Origin: Hemiscyllium ocellatum
Taxonomy: Eukaryota
Direction: 5' to 3'
DNA length: 64,000 bases
Assembly: GCF_020745735.1 (NCBI RefSeq)
Contig: NC_083410.1
Span: 4,996,117-5,060,116, forward strand
Part shown: positions 11,806-23,287 of the stretch, piece by piece
Layout: each line of letters begins with the position of its first letter
Position numbering within the stretch: position 1 is the stretch's first letter
Made by a program: the position numbers and the translations under genes
Notes under the pieces: model-generated
Database searches by the model: none
The model's input: only the letters and a program-made list of their open reading frames with translations
What the model was told of the DNA's origin: nothing

Positions 11806-12429
11806 CGAAAAAAGATAAGGAGACCAATACTGCACCTCATACTTTGCCTCATATCTCTGAATGTGTGATTCACAAAAATCACTTAATCTCATGTTTAAAA
11901 TGAAAACTGATTCACCATCAGTTTTCATTGTGTAAGAAAGTTACACCCCCTATGTGAAGAAATGTTTCCAAGTGACAATCCTAAAGATTCTGGCTCACAG
12001 TTTAGGATGTGCCTGTCTTCCTAGTCTTTCCAGTTGGCACAGAATGTGTCTCTCTTTATCTGTTCACCCTGATATCTTGATAACTTGGATAAAACAGTCC
12101 TGTAACTTTCTAAAAACAGCAAATAACATGCAACTTCGTACATTCTTTGTTGGCAATTTAATATTTATAATTCAGATACCAGTGTGATCGAATTGACAAA
12201 GCAAGGCCAGGAAAATCCTTAAAATGGCACCATTGGGACATTGGCATATTCTGATGTGTAGCTTTCTACATTATCATCTGTACGTTTAAAGAAGAGGTGA
12301 ACAGCTGAGGGCTCAACACAGGTCCTTGCAGGACCATCACTCGTCCTATTCAGTTCATCAACTCCCTGTCCATTCACCCACTGCCTTCCCAAGGCTCAGC
12401 TAATATCGCAACCAACTGAATGACCTGAT

Positions 12430-12585
12430 ATGGAGGTGCCGGTGTTGGATTGGGGTGAACTAAATCAGCAGTCACATGATACCAGGTGATAGTAAACCAG
12501 GTTTATTTGAAATCACCTGACAAAGCAGCAGCACTCCACAAGCTTATGATTGCAAATAAACCTGTTGGACTCTAACCTGGTGTGC
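12430..12585. mobile_element. Degenerate fold-back PLE pseudo-LTR element (same family as 10120-10353)
   Basis: gtcacatgataccagg...tttatttgaaatcac followed by the inverted cacctgacaaagcagcagcactcc...aaataaacctgttggactctaacctggtg. Confidence 0.55.
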
Positions 12586-14086
12586 TTTAAGCTGAATGAC
12601 CAGCCAACAATTGCATAAGCTACAACTTTAGCTGACAGTCTTTCACAGGATTTTTAAATGCCCGTTGGAAGTCTGTAAACAGAACATTTAAGGGTTAAGT
12701 ATCTGTCCCGTACCTAACACGAGATCATGCCTCTGGTGTGCTATTCTCCAGTCACTGTGTAAACCTTGGGTCCAGCTATTTACAGTGTGAACAGGGAAGG
12801 GTTACTTCAGCACGTAAGCAGCTACCGAACACCGGGATTAGAGAATACAACAGGGAGAAAGAATGAAAACTGAACAGCCTCACAGTTAACAACAAATAAA
12901 TCAGTACGACATTCAGAATGCCCGTGCGAGTGCAGTGAGGCAGCCCCATAGCACAGTTACAGATGCAGACCTGACAATTTGCAGCATGCAAATCACTAAG
13001 GACACAGGGTCAAACCAACAGCATGCAGTAGCACAGGACAAGTTAGTGAACTTTAGGCTGTTAAAGATTCTTACACAATAAATGCAAATAAACCAAATGC
13101 TTATTTAGTGGGGAATGAAAAGTACAACTGAAAGAACAGATAGAAGCGTCAATGGAACAGAACAGGACACAGAAACAAGTTAAAAGGAGCTGCAGAATAA
13201 GGCTTTAAGGCCAAGACAGTCAATTATTCCCAATCTCAAAAGCCTAGAAGACAAGGGCACACGATCATTTATTAGCATTGTGAATTTTTGGAAATCTCTA
13301 CTCCCCGGAGCTGTGCTGCTCAGCTGCTTCATTTCTTCAAATTGGAGATTGACAGTTTGAGAAAGTAAGGGAATTGAAAGTGATGGAGATACTGCGTGAT
13401 TTTTTAGCAAATAGTTGAGGAGGTGGATTGGACAAGGGGGTCCTATTTCTGCTCATGTTTCTCATGTTCAAGATATTAGGATATTTACAGCAGTGTTTAT
13501 CATTCCCTGTTCCTCATTTCCAAACATTGGGCTGTTACAGCAGCTTGGAAGAATGAAGCCTCCATTTCTGACATGATGGTTACGACAAACACAAACACAG
13601 GGCAGTGACTCAGGGATGTTTCGCAATCTGCACAATATTCCCCCTCCCCACCTCTTCAACCAGTGTCAATCACAAAGTCTCACACGTGATTTCCCTCCCA
13701 TTTTAAGGCCTGTTGCTTTGTATTTCATTGACACCGATCAGTCACCGAGAAGTTGTTAATAGGATGCTAATTATATTAATAAGGGGCATGCTTTAGTTAA
13801 GTACCTACAGCACTGACAGGTGGTTGGTACGCAGCAAATATACTTCATACAGTATTGGGTAAATACAACTAGTGTCTAGTTCTATACTTCACCAAATGGT
13901 TTAGGATTATGCTATCAGATGTACGTGAAGACTGGGATTTGTATGAAGTCCAAGATTTACATGTGCTCGATAAGGCAAGTTAATGAGACTAGGCAAGGCA
14001 ATAATATCAACGAAACAGCTCTGATGGACAAGTTTAAGAATAGCATGTGGTATATTAATAGGTAACTCATCAAAACCAACAGCACT

Positions 14087-14682
14087 TTTGCATGTGGGCG
14101 TTTGCACTCCCTTTCTGATTTTCTTAAAAACCTCCTCTGCTTTTGGTTGCACTTCAGTCCCACGCTCCTGATCTTTGGCCACCCAGTACGGAGGAGGGAG
14201 GGCAGGTCTGCTCCTGGGCCTGGCCAAACTGGCCATAAACAGGTCCAGGCAGCGGGCCGTGGAAGGGGTCACTGGGGCCGACTGCCTGCCCCTCTTCCGC
14301 AGTTACGTTAGAGTCCGGGTGTCTTTGGAGAAGGAGCATGCAGTGTCCACCAACACCCTGGAGTTGTTCAGGGAGAGGTGGGTGCCGCAGGGAGTGGAGT
14401 GCATTATTTCCCCCTCCAAATCTATTTTGATTTAATCCCTGCCCTCCCCTTCACTGTTTGATCACACAGCATTACCCTTTGATGTGAAGGGCACTACTTG
14501 TCACTGGCCACTCGAGTGTTTTCCTATCTTCCTGGTGGTGGAAAATGAATAAAGATTCGTGCACCTTGTGTCTCTCACTGTGTCTCACACCTGCACACAC
14601 ACAACATGGGTGCTGGGGAAAAAATAAGCACTACTGCAGTTAGGCGGTAGTGTGGGGGAGAAAAAAAGAATAAAAGAAAAAA
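14087..14682 (+). mobile_element. 5'-truncated Tx1/L1-clade LINE with poly(A) tail and 15-bp TSD
   Basis: ORF2 C-terminus LLLGLAKLAINRSR...ERWVPQGVECII*, AATAAA motifs, A-rich tail. TSD aaaaccaacagcact at 14072-14086 and 14683-14697. Confidence 0.8.
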
Positions 14683-14789
14683 AAAACCAACAGCACTGAG
14701 CAATGTCAGCATGATCAGACCTGGAGATGAAGCCAGAGTCCCAGTAGGTGGAAGAGATGTGAAAGACGGTTCTTCTGCATTCAGTTATC

Positions 14790-17000
14790 ATTTTATGTAA
14801 AGGTACAACCACTGCTGGGGCACTGGGACCCATCTAGATCAATGCTCCAGTATTTATTGCCCATCCCTAGTTGCCCCTTGAGAAGGTGGTGATGAGCTGC
14901 CTTCTTGAACTGCTGCAGTCCACCTGCCGTGGGTGCACCCACAATGCCATTAAAAGGTGGAATTTCAGGCTTTCGACCCAGTGACACTGAAGTAATGGCG
15001 ATGCATTTCCAAGTCAGAATGCTGGCTGGCTTGATGGGAACTTGCAGGTTGTGCTTTTCCAATGCATTTTGTCTAAGTCATTGAGGTACACACTGCTGCA
15101 ACTGAGTGGTGGTTGTAAAGAGTATCAGTTTTGAAGGGGCTGAATGGTTTCCATTGAGTTTTGTTTGCTCTGGAATATATCGAGTTTGTTGTTGGATCTG
15201 CATCCATCCAGGCAAGTTGGGAGTATTCCATCACACTCCTGACTTGTGCCTTGCAGATGGTGGACAGATGTTTGGGAGTCAGGTGGTGAGTTACTTTCTG
15301 CAGTCTTTCTACAGTGACCTGCTCTTATAGCCACTGTGTTGATGTGGAGAGTCCAGTTGAGTTTCTGATCAATGATAACCACCAGGATGCTGATAGTGGG
15401 GGATTCAGAGATGGTAATGCCATTAAATGTCAGAGTGGTGATTAGGTTGTCTCTTATTGGAGATGGTCATATCCTGTCATTTGTGTGGCAAGAACATCAC
15501 TTACCACTTTTCAGACCAATCCTGAATTTTATCCAGGTCATGTTGCATTTGAACGTTGAATGTGGACAGTTTCAGTGCTTGAGGAATCATAAATGGTGCT
15601 GAACACTATGCAATACCTTCCCACTTCAGACTGTTTGATGATGGACACGTCACTGATGAATCAATTGAAGGTCTAGGACACTATCCTGCGGAACTGCAGA
15701 GATGACTGTCCCCCATAACCATCTTCCTCTGTACCAGATATGACTCCAACCACTGGAGAGTTTGCCCCCTGACACCCATTGATCCTAGTTTTGCCAGGGC
15801 TCCTTTATACCACACTCCATCAAATGCACCCTTGATGCCAAGGGCTGTCACTCTCCCCTCTGGAATTCAGCTCTTTAGTCCATGTTTGAACCAAGGTCAT
15901 AATGAGGTCAGGAGCTGAGTGGCCTGGTGGAACCCAAACTAGGTGTCACCGAGCAGGTTATTGCTGACACCTTCCATCACCTTACTGATGATTGAGAGTA
16001 GACTGGTTGGCCAGGTTGGATTTGTTCTGCTTTTTATGTACAGGACATACCTGGACAAATTTCCACATTGTGAGGTAAATACCAGTGTGGTAACTACTGG
16101 AACAGCTTGGCTAGGGGAGCGGCGTTTTCTGGAGCACAAGTTATCAGCACTATTGCTAGAATGTTGTCAGAGCTCATGTGCAGAATTCAGTGCCTCCAAC
16201 CTTTTCTGGACATCACATGGAGTGAATCGAATTGGCTGAACGATTCAACCTCTGGAGGAGGCAGAGATGGATCACCTACTTGGCACCTCTGCCTGAAGAT
16301 TGCTGCAAAAGCTTCAGCCTTAGCTTTTGCATTGATGTGGTGGGCTTTTCCATCATTGAGAATGGGATTATCTGTGGATCCTCCTTCTCCAGTGAATTCT
16401 TCAATTGTCCATCATTATTTATGACTGGATCTCTTAGCTCTATCACTTGCTGCTTCTGCTGTTTGGTGTGCAAGTAGTCCTGTTTGGTAGCTTCACCAAA
16501 TTGACACCTCATCTTCAGGTCTGCCTCCTGCTGCCACTGGCATGCCTTGCTGCACTCTCCATGGTACCAGGGTTAATCCTGATAATAATAGACCATGAGT
16601 TTATACGGATGCCCACAGCCTCATGGATGGCCAGAGTTGAATCATGAGATATGTTTGAGGTCTGTCCCAACGAAGACTATAGTAGTGCTACAAAATATGA
16701 TAGATACTTTGCTCAGTTTGAAAGTGGGATGTCACCCCGACAAGTATTCTACAGTAATTACTGTTACTGAGGGGCTGTTGGGAACAGATTGATCATGTAT
16801 ATCCATCCCTCATCAACCACTAGTGACCTGTGGGGATAGGGAGACAGTGACAGGAGTTTTCAAATACCTCATCAGGTCTGCAGTCAACTCCCTCCTGCCC
16901 ATATGTCACTGTGTCATCACCTCTGCTGGGCTTGTTCAGGCTGTGGGATAATGGTGATCGTGTTGTCTGAGACTTTAGCAATGAGAACTTTGCTATGTGT
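14790..17000 (-). mobile_element. Degenerate L2/Crack(Daphne)-like LINE remnant
   Basis: Minus-strand RT remnants (…STICKAQVRSVMEYSQ…, NYRPVSLLSIISKVME-like). A same-family fragment lies at ~47330-47650 (+) and a 3' end at ~36240-36400. Confidence 0.65.
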
Positions 17001-18125
17001 GAAATTCCTATTTCCTGTCAATTCTCGGTTTCTGACTGGCTCGTCTGGCTTTACTGAAGAGGCAACCACTTTGCTGTAGGTCTGGAGTTACGTGCAGGCC
17101 AGAGCAAATGAGGATGGCGGAGTTCCTTCCCTAAAACAAAGCTGATGAGCCAGATAGACAATTGAGAATAGCTACATAGTCACCAACAGACTTGCTATTA
17201 ATTCCAGATTTATTCATTAAAGTTTCACCATCTGCCACATTCTGACAGCGTTAACCTGCTGCTCAGGATTACTCACCCAATGACAATACAACTACAGCAG
17301 CGACTACCCCCAGAGTTAATGTAGTAAGGATTGAAAAACATTCTGGCAGCTGAACTGGATTAAAATAACTTGTGCAGCCTCAATGATCATTAAGAACAAG
17401 AAGCAGCATCTGGAAGAGACAGTTAGAGTGTTATGCATCAAGACGATTGTACCTTTCTGGAGAATGGTAGAGCTGTCGTACAGGATACTCAGGATTTTAG
17501 GGAGACAGCAAGACAGTGGGATCTGGCTTTGCATAGCATATACTAGCATTTCCTATATTATAAATCCTTAGCAGCAATTCCCACAGTCTGAAGGATGTAA
17601 CATTTACAGAATTAAGCACCATGGTTCTTGTGAGACTGGCAAGTAAGCTCAGGTTGTTAATGTCGATCCTCTATCCCAGAGCTCACCAGAGTTACCTGGG
17701 TAGGGAAGAATTTACTTCCATGTTTTCTTTAGCTTATGCTCAGAGGAAAGGGAAGCAGTTGCGTAGAGTCCATAACTTAGCAAAACCTACGTGAACTGGG
17801 ATGAGTTAAATACAGTTTTTAACATGATAAACACAATGAATGTTGGAGCCTCAAATCCTCAACAGGGATGATCACCAAGTAGTACAAATCACATCATTCC
17901 GAGTTGCAGAATTCCTGATTATAAGTGGGTTAGGTTTGTCAATATCACTGTGGTAAGCATTGTTCGTGTTAAAACTTTACACACACAGACACACACAGTG
18001 CTGAGGCCACACTGTAAAGTGCAAAAATAAAAACTTATTTTCTTTAAAAAGGCACTAATTTTGCAGAAGAACTGCACTCAGGAAGTAGAGTCTGCTGAAG
18101 CTCTGTTGACTCTGGTGTCTTCCAG

Positions 18126-18206
18126 GAAGAAACAGAACTTGTTCTTATGTACAGGGCAGAAATAATTTCCTTCCACCCAGGGCAGCTCATCTTGTGTTCA
18201 TACCAG
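18126..18206 (+). CDS. Candidate 81-bp phase 0-0 exon, unidentified
   Basis: gactctggtgtcttccag|GAA...TACCAG|GTATGT, open frame EETELVLMYRAEIISFHPGQLILCSYQ. Confidence 0.25.
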
Positions 18207-19189
18207 GTATGTCCTTTAAACCAACAGGTCTTCAGTGACGGTCACACAAGGGAAACCTGGCAATGAAAACAGGGATTAATATTCATTCTGCATGCAGCAT
18301 GCTAACGTGGGAAACTGTGATGTGAATTGTTCCAGTTATATTAAGTCTATACTATTATGTCTGCCACAAAACTCTCAATATTTAAACTGTAGTTTAATGT
18401 GTAAAACATACAGGAAAACGAATCCATTGGTAACCGTAAACAATGCAAATGAAAACACCGTGCTGACTAACAAAGCTCTAACCCCAAACTGAATAGAGGA
18501 CTTCATCCACCAGTTCAATATCTTCATGGGTATCTCCCTCCTCAAATACTGCAGGATGCCCCATAGGCAAACACATTAAAACTTAATATCACTGACTAAT
18601 GTTAAGATTTGTGCACAATGAATAAATCTGTGCTTTCAGCTTCAGGCTTCACACCACAGAAAAGGATAACTGTGCAGCACAGGCTTGGGTCAACGGCGGA
18701 AGGGCTGAAAGCCTCCAGTGCATGGACTAATCCTGCGTTCTTTTGAATTTCATGGGAAGGAGAGAAAGAGGAGAGCGGGAAGGGGGAAGAGCGGGAAGGG
18801 GTGATTTTCTCTGCTGGGTTTGGGGAAAGGTAACTCCAGAACAAGGGAGGGGAAAAAAAAACACAAAATTGGAGGCAGGCCATTCAGGGCTTGTACCAGG
18901 AAGTGCTTCCTGACACCAAGGGAAGGGGGTACCTCAACTCCTTCCAACAAAAAAGGACGTGGACTGAAGGGGCTGCAAACCTTTCCAAACATTGAGCTGC
19001 ATTGATTTATTTTTTGTTGCTTTGGTATATCAAGGATGATGGAACCACAGCAGAAAAAGAAATTCGGAGGTCACAATCGGAGTGGTGGAATGCAATTGAG
19101 GGGCTGAATGGCCTCATCTGGCTGCTATGAAATGACTGCATGTAACTGGACAGCTGACCGATAGGGGTTGAAATACGCATAGCACCTAC

Positions 19190-19297
19190 CCTGTGCTGAT
19201 TTTCTATCCTGCTACCAACTCCAGTAAACGGAAACAGCCAAAATCACAGAGAAAACAATGGTCCCAGCCGTGCCAACTACGATATTCCAAGGCGATC
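19190..19297 (-). CDS. B7-family gene: transmembrane exon containing the stop codon
   Basis: Acceptor ttgcag| at 19299-19298. Reads (R)SPWNIVVGTAGTIVFSVILAVSVYWSW* with TAG at 19214-19212, then 22 nt to the donor G|GTAGGT at 19189. Phase 1 matches the IgC exon. Confidence 0.8.
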
Positions 19298-19423
19298 CTG
19301 CAACTGGGAGAGATCAGGGGCAGGAAGTAGAGGAAAGTAGTCTCATGTTAGTTCAGGATTAATCAGAATCGGGAGTAGGCGAGGACTGCAGATGCTGAGA
19401 TCAGAGTCAGAGTCAGAGTCAAA

Positions 19424-19608
19424 AAAAGTGTGTTGCTGGAAAAGCACTGCCGGTCAGACAGCATCTGAGGAGCAGGAGAGTCAATGTTTTGAGCATGAGG
19501 TCTTCAAGAATGTGCTCATTCCTGATAAAATGAGCACGCTCAAAACGTCGACTCTCCTGCTCCTCAGATGCTGCCTGACTGGCTGTGCTTTTCCAGCAAC
19601 ACACTTTT
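19424..19608. mobile_element. Fold-back PLE pseudo-LTR element
   Basis: Inverted arms aaaagtgtgttgctggaaaagcac...ttttgagc / gctcaaaacgtc...gcttttccagcaacacactttt, preceded by a gaggactgcagatgctg head. Confidence 0.75.
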
Positions 19609-19950
19609 CAAGATTAAATGAGCATCAGCTAGGCAGTCAGACAGGCAGAGTGCAATTAAACCAGGCAATGACCATCGCCAATAAGAGACAGACAGACAGT
19701 CTAAATGACGACATTCAATGGTTTTACCATCACTGACTCTTCCACTATCAAAATCTTAGTGTGTTTTATTAGCCAGAGTCTGAATTGGGCTAACCATATA
19801 AGTACAGTGGCTTCAAGATCAGGTCAGAGGCTAGGAATGGTGGGAGAAGCTTGAGGGGCTGAATGGCCTACTCCTGCTCTGAGTTCTGATGTTCTTATTG
19901 CAGCTTCTCGGACATGCCTTTAGTTTGACCATCTCAGGTTCCATACTCAC

Positions 19951-20235
19951 TCAGAACAACAAACACAAACGAGACGGCCTCATTCAGGTGCTGGTCAATC
20001 ATGGTGCAGGTGTAATTGCTGATCGGCCCATGGTCTAGTCCAATCGTGCTTCTCATGTGGAGGATCCCACCGGTGCCATTGATTGTCTCTGTGTGCGCGT
20101 ACTGTGTGAGCTGCACCCCCAGGCCATTCTCCCAGATCACAGTCGGCGCTGGGAACCATCCGGATGACTCGCACACCAGTTTGGAGTAGCCCTGATCAGA
20201 AATATATGAGTGGATGACCGGCTGGGCACCTACAG
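19951..20235 (-). CDS. B7-family gene: IgC exon (285 bp, phase 1-1)
   Basis: catag|CT GTA GGT…CTG A|GTGAGT. LVCESSGWFPAPTVIW…YTCTMID is the C-type Ig signature of B7/butyrophilin proteins. Confidence 0.9.
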
Positions 20236-20867
20236 CTATGAGGGAAGAGAAAACATCCACCATGTTTCTTCTGTTTCATATGGCGGCTTTGTGCCAAGTG
20301 ATCCTTTCAATTATAGCCCATCCAAACCCCAGGGGCCCCTGAACACTGCTTCAACACCTCCGAACATTCTCTACCCTGTCTTAAGCTTGGACATGGCCAC
20401 TATTCTGTGGTAACTCTGAGATCATGTCCTTGTGACTTTTAAAATATAAATACCCCTGACATCTTTAGCACTGGTACCATCTTTCAAAGCCCTCAGTGCC
20501 CACCCTCTGATGGTGCAGCACTCCCTCAGTATTACACTGGAATGTTTCCTAGATCTTATTCCTAATTTTCCAATTTGTAATCATGATTATTTGAATCTAA
20601 TTGACACTTGTGAACGGACCCAACCCATTAAATTGCTTCTGGAGGTGTCAAAAGATAGGGTTTTTTGTTATAGTCAAAGAGTGGAGGTCTGCAGGGAGAC
20701 CACTCTTTTCGATTCCTATTTACTACTTTATTATTACACAAAGCCTCGACTCAGCTAATGTAAGCAAGTTGAGGATATCATTTTGGACTGAAAAAGAATC
20801 GATCAGGATACTTTCGAAAGAGTATGAAGTAAAATATTAAACAGGTTGTCTAAACAGACTTGGGGGG

Positions 20868-21180
20868 TTAGATTAGATTAGATTACTTACAGTGTGGAAA
20901 CAGGCCCTTCAGCCCAACAAGTCCACACTGACCCACCGAAGCGCAACCCACCCATACCCCTACATTTACCCCTTTACCTAACACTGTGGGCAATTTAGCA
21001 TGGCCAATTCACCTGACCCACACATCTTTGGACTGTGGGAGGAAACCGGAGCACCCGGAGGAAACCCACACAGACACGGGGAGAATGTACAAACTCTACA
21101 CAGACAGTTACCTGAGGCGGGAATTGAACCCAGGTCTCTGGCACTGTGAGACAGCAGTGCTAACCACTATGCCACCGTGG
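20868..21180 (-). mobile_element. HE1/V-SINE-like SINE in the IgV-IgC intron
   Basis: Full SINE with (GATTA)n tail on the plus strand. Confidence 0.9.
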
Positions 21181-21214
21181 TTCAGGTGCAAAAAAATTTA
21201 AAATATCATAAACA

Positions 21215-21520
21215 GCAGAAAATAATCAAACAAGCTAATAGAATGCTGGCCTTTGAGTGAACTGGAGTATAAAGATGCACAATTTACATTACAGTTACAT
21301 AAAACCTGGTTAGATCCCACTGGGAGTACTGTGAGCAGATCTGGACCCCACACCTCAGGAGTATACTGGCCTTGGAGGGAGTACAATGCTGGTTCACAAG
21401 AATGATACCTGCCCTTCAGGGGTTATGTTTGAGTGGAGATTATTCAAATTAGGTCTTTTTTCTCTACGATTTGGAAGGTTAAAGAATGATGTGATTAAAG
21501 TCTTAAAGATAACAACAGGG
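21215..21520 (+). mobile_element. CR1-group LINE fragment
   Basis: RT C-terminal remnant (ctggagtactgtgagcag...ggagggagtacaatg...ggttcacaagaatgatacc). Confidence 0.65.
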
Positions 21521-21621
21521 AAATTCAGTACGAGTTACACACTGAGTTGTTAGACTGGTCAAGTGTCAATGTACCATTGAGATTCAGACCAGTGCATATA
21601 ATAAATTTAACTGACCCCTAC

Positions 21622-21969
21622 CTCTTACTCCCACGGCAACCGTCGTCTCAGTGCTTTGGGATTGGGTAGCAACTGAGAGCTTGTAGATACCAGAGTCAGA
21701 GATTGTCACATTCCTCAATCTCAGGGACACATTCCCTTTCGGAATCTCGTTGCCAAAGACATCAACTCTGTCTTGGTAGCTGGGTTCTTGCTCCTCCAGG
21801 CTGCTGTGGCTCGTTGTGTAATTGTAGATAATTCCCATAGTTTCCATCTTCATCCAAGTGAAAGCAATGGCACTGGGTTCATTCACAAAATGAAGGCAGC
21901 AGGGGATAACAAGGTCTTCTCCAAATTTGACAGTGATTTGATTCTCCACACATTTAATCTTCAAACCAC
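21622..21969 (-). CDS. B7-family gene: IgV exon (348 bp, phase 1-1), VTCN1/B7-H4- or butyrophilin-like
   Basis: ttgcag|GT GGT…AGA G|GTAGGG. GEDLVIPC…FTWMK…LEEQEPSYQDRVDVFGNEIPKGNVSLRLRNVTISDSGIYK matches B7/BTN IgV motifs (Q..Y.GR…GN.SL.L.NV..SD.G.Y). Confidence 0.92.
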
Positions 21970-22453
21970 CTGCAACAAACATGGAACAGGGGATCACTGC
22001 ACTGTTCTCACTGAGATACTGACAGGTGTGAGGGAGCTGAATTAACATCAGTAGAGATCCTGGTGTCCTATAGAATTGCAATTTGGACAACCTAACGGAT
22101 TTGGTATGCAAGAGATCAGACTCCCTAAGCAGGTGCTGTATACAGAGTTTAGTCATTGCAGAAGATTGCCTAGATAGCAGAACCAATTTAGGGAGAGCTC
22201 AATCATCCTCATGGACTTGAGTCCCTGGCTCATGATCGATCAAAATGGAGAAGGCTTCTTTGAGAAGCAACTTTCAGAACAGTTAGAGACAAAGTTGCGG
22301 CATCGGGTAAAACATATTAAGCATCCTATCTACTCAGCCTCTTTAAGCAGCATCCTCTCCATAATATGGTAGAGAGATCAGATCACAGCACACAGACCCT
22401 TTGGTCTAACTCATGCAGATATCCCAATTTTACCTAGTTCCATTTGTCAGCAT

Positions 22454-22712
22454 TTAGATTAGATTACTTTCAGTGCAGAAACAGGCCCTTCGGCCCAACA
22501 AGTCCACACCGACCCACCGAAGCGCACCTGCGCCTGCACCTAACCCTATGGGCAATTTAGCATGGCCAATTCACCTAAACTGCACAATTTTGGACTGTGG
22601 GAAGAAACCCATGCAGACACGGGGAGAATGTGCAAACTCCGCAGTCGTCTGAGGTGGGAATTGAACCCACATCTCTGGCGCTGTGAGGCAGCAGTGCTAA
22701 CCACTGTGCCAC
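22454..22712 (-). mobile_element. HE1/V-SINE-like SINE inserted in a CR1 3' fragment (CR1 remnant continues ~22715-23030)
   Basis: SINE core and tail. The flanks are CR1 3' UTR and RT remnants. Confidence 0.8.
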
Positions 22713-23216
22713 CCATATCCCTCTAAGCCCTTTCGATTCATATACCCATTCAGATGACTCTTAAAATGTTGTAATTGTACAAGCCTCCTCCACTTCCTTT
22801 GGCAGCTCATTCCATACACGTACCACCTTCTGCCCAAAATATTACCCCTTTTAAATTTTTCCCCTCTCAACTTAAACCTATGCCTGCTAGTTTTGGATTC
22901 TTCTACCCTGTGGAGAAATAAAAAGTCCTTGGCTTTCACTCTAACCATGCTCCTCATTACTTTATGAACCTCAATAAAGTCACCCTTCAGCCTCAGGGTG
23001 AAGAGCTCCAGCCTACTTGGCATTTCGCTACAACTCAAACCCTCCAGTCATTGAATGATGAGCCGTCTCAGAACCTATCGCACTGGAGACTTAGCATGAA
23101 CCATCCAAGGAGGAATGAAATAGCCAGGGTTGAGGGGAGAAGGGCTATGGAGTAGCAGACAGACAGACAGAGATAATTAAAGCTACAGTCAGATGGACAA
23201 AAAGCCCCACACTCAC

Positions 23217-23287
23217 CATCTGAAAAGCCCTGAGCAGCTGCCAGCTTTATGATGAAAGCAACGAGTGAAACAAAGAGACGACTCATT
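23217..23287 (-). CDS. B7-family gene: signal-peptide exon (ATG 23286-23284)
   Basis: Strong acceptor tttgtctctttttaacag|A ATG. Reads MSRLFVSLVAFIIKLAAAQGFSD(G), with donor G|GTGAGT in phase 1 matching IgV. The spliced CDS 70+348+285+86 = 789 nt = 262 aa + stop. Confidence 0.85.

Noticed and set aside
18602-18883. 93-aa ORF as cytoplasmic tail / B30.2 exon of the B7-family gene
   Set aside because: No PRY/SPRY motifs. Half of it is a polypyrimidine tract and the upstream TM exon already contains a stop. At most a 3' UTR exon.
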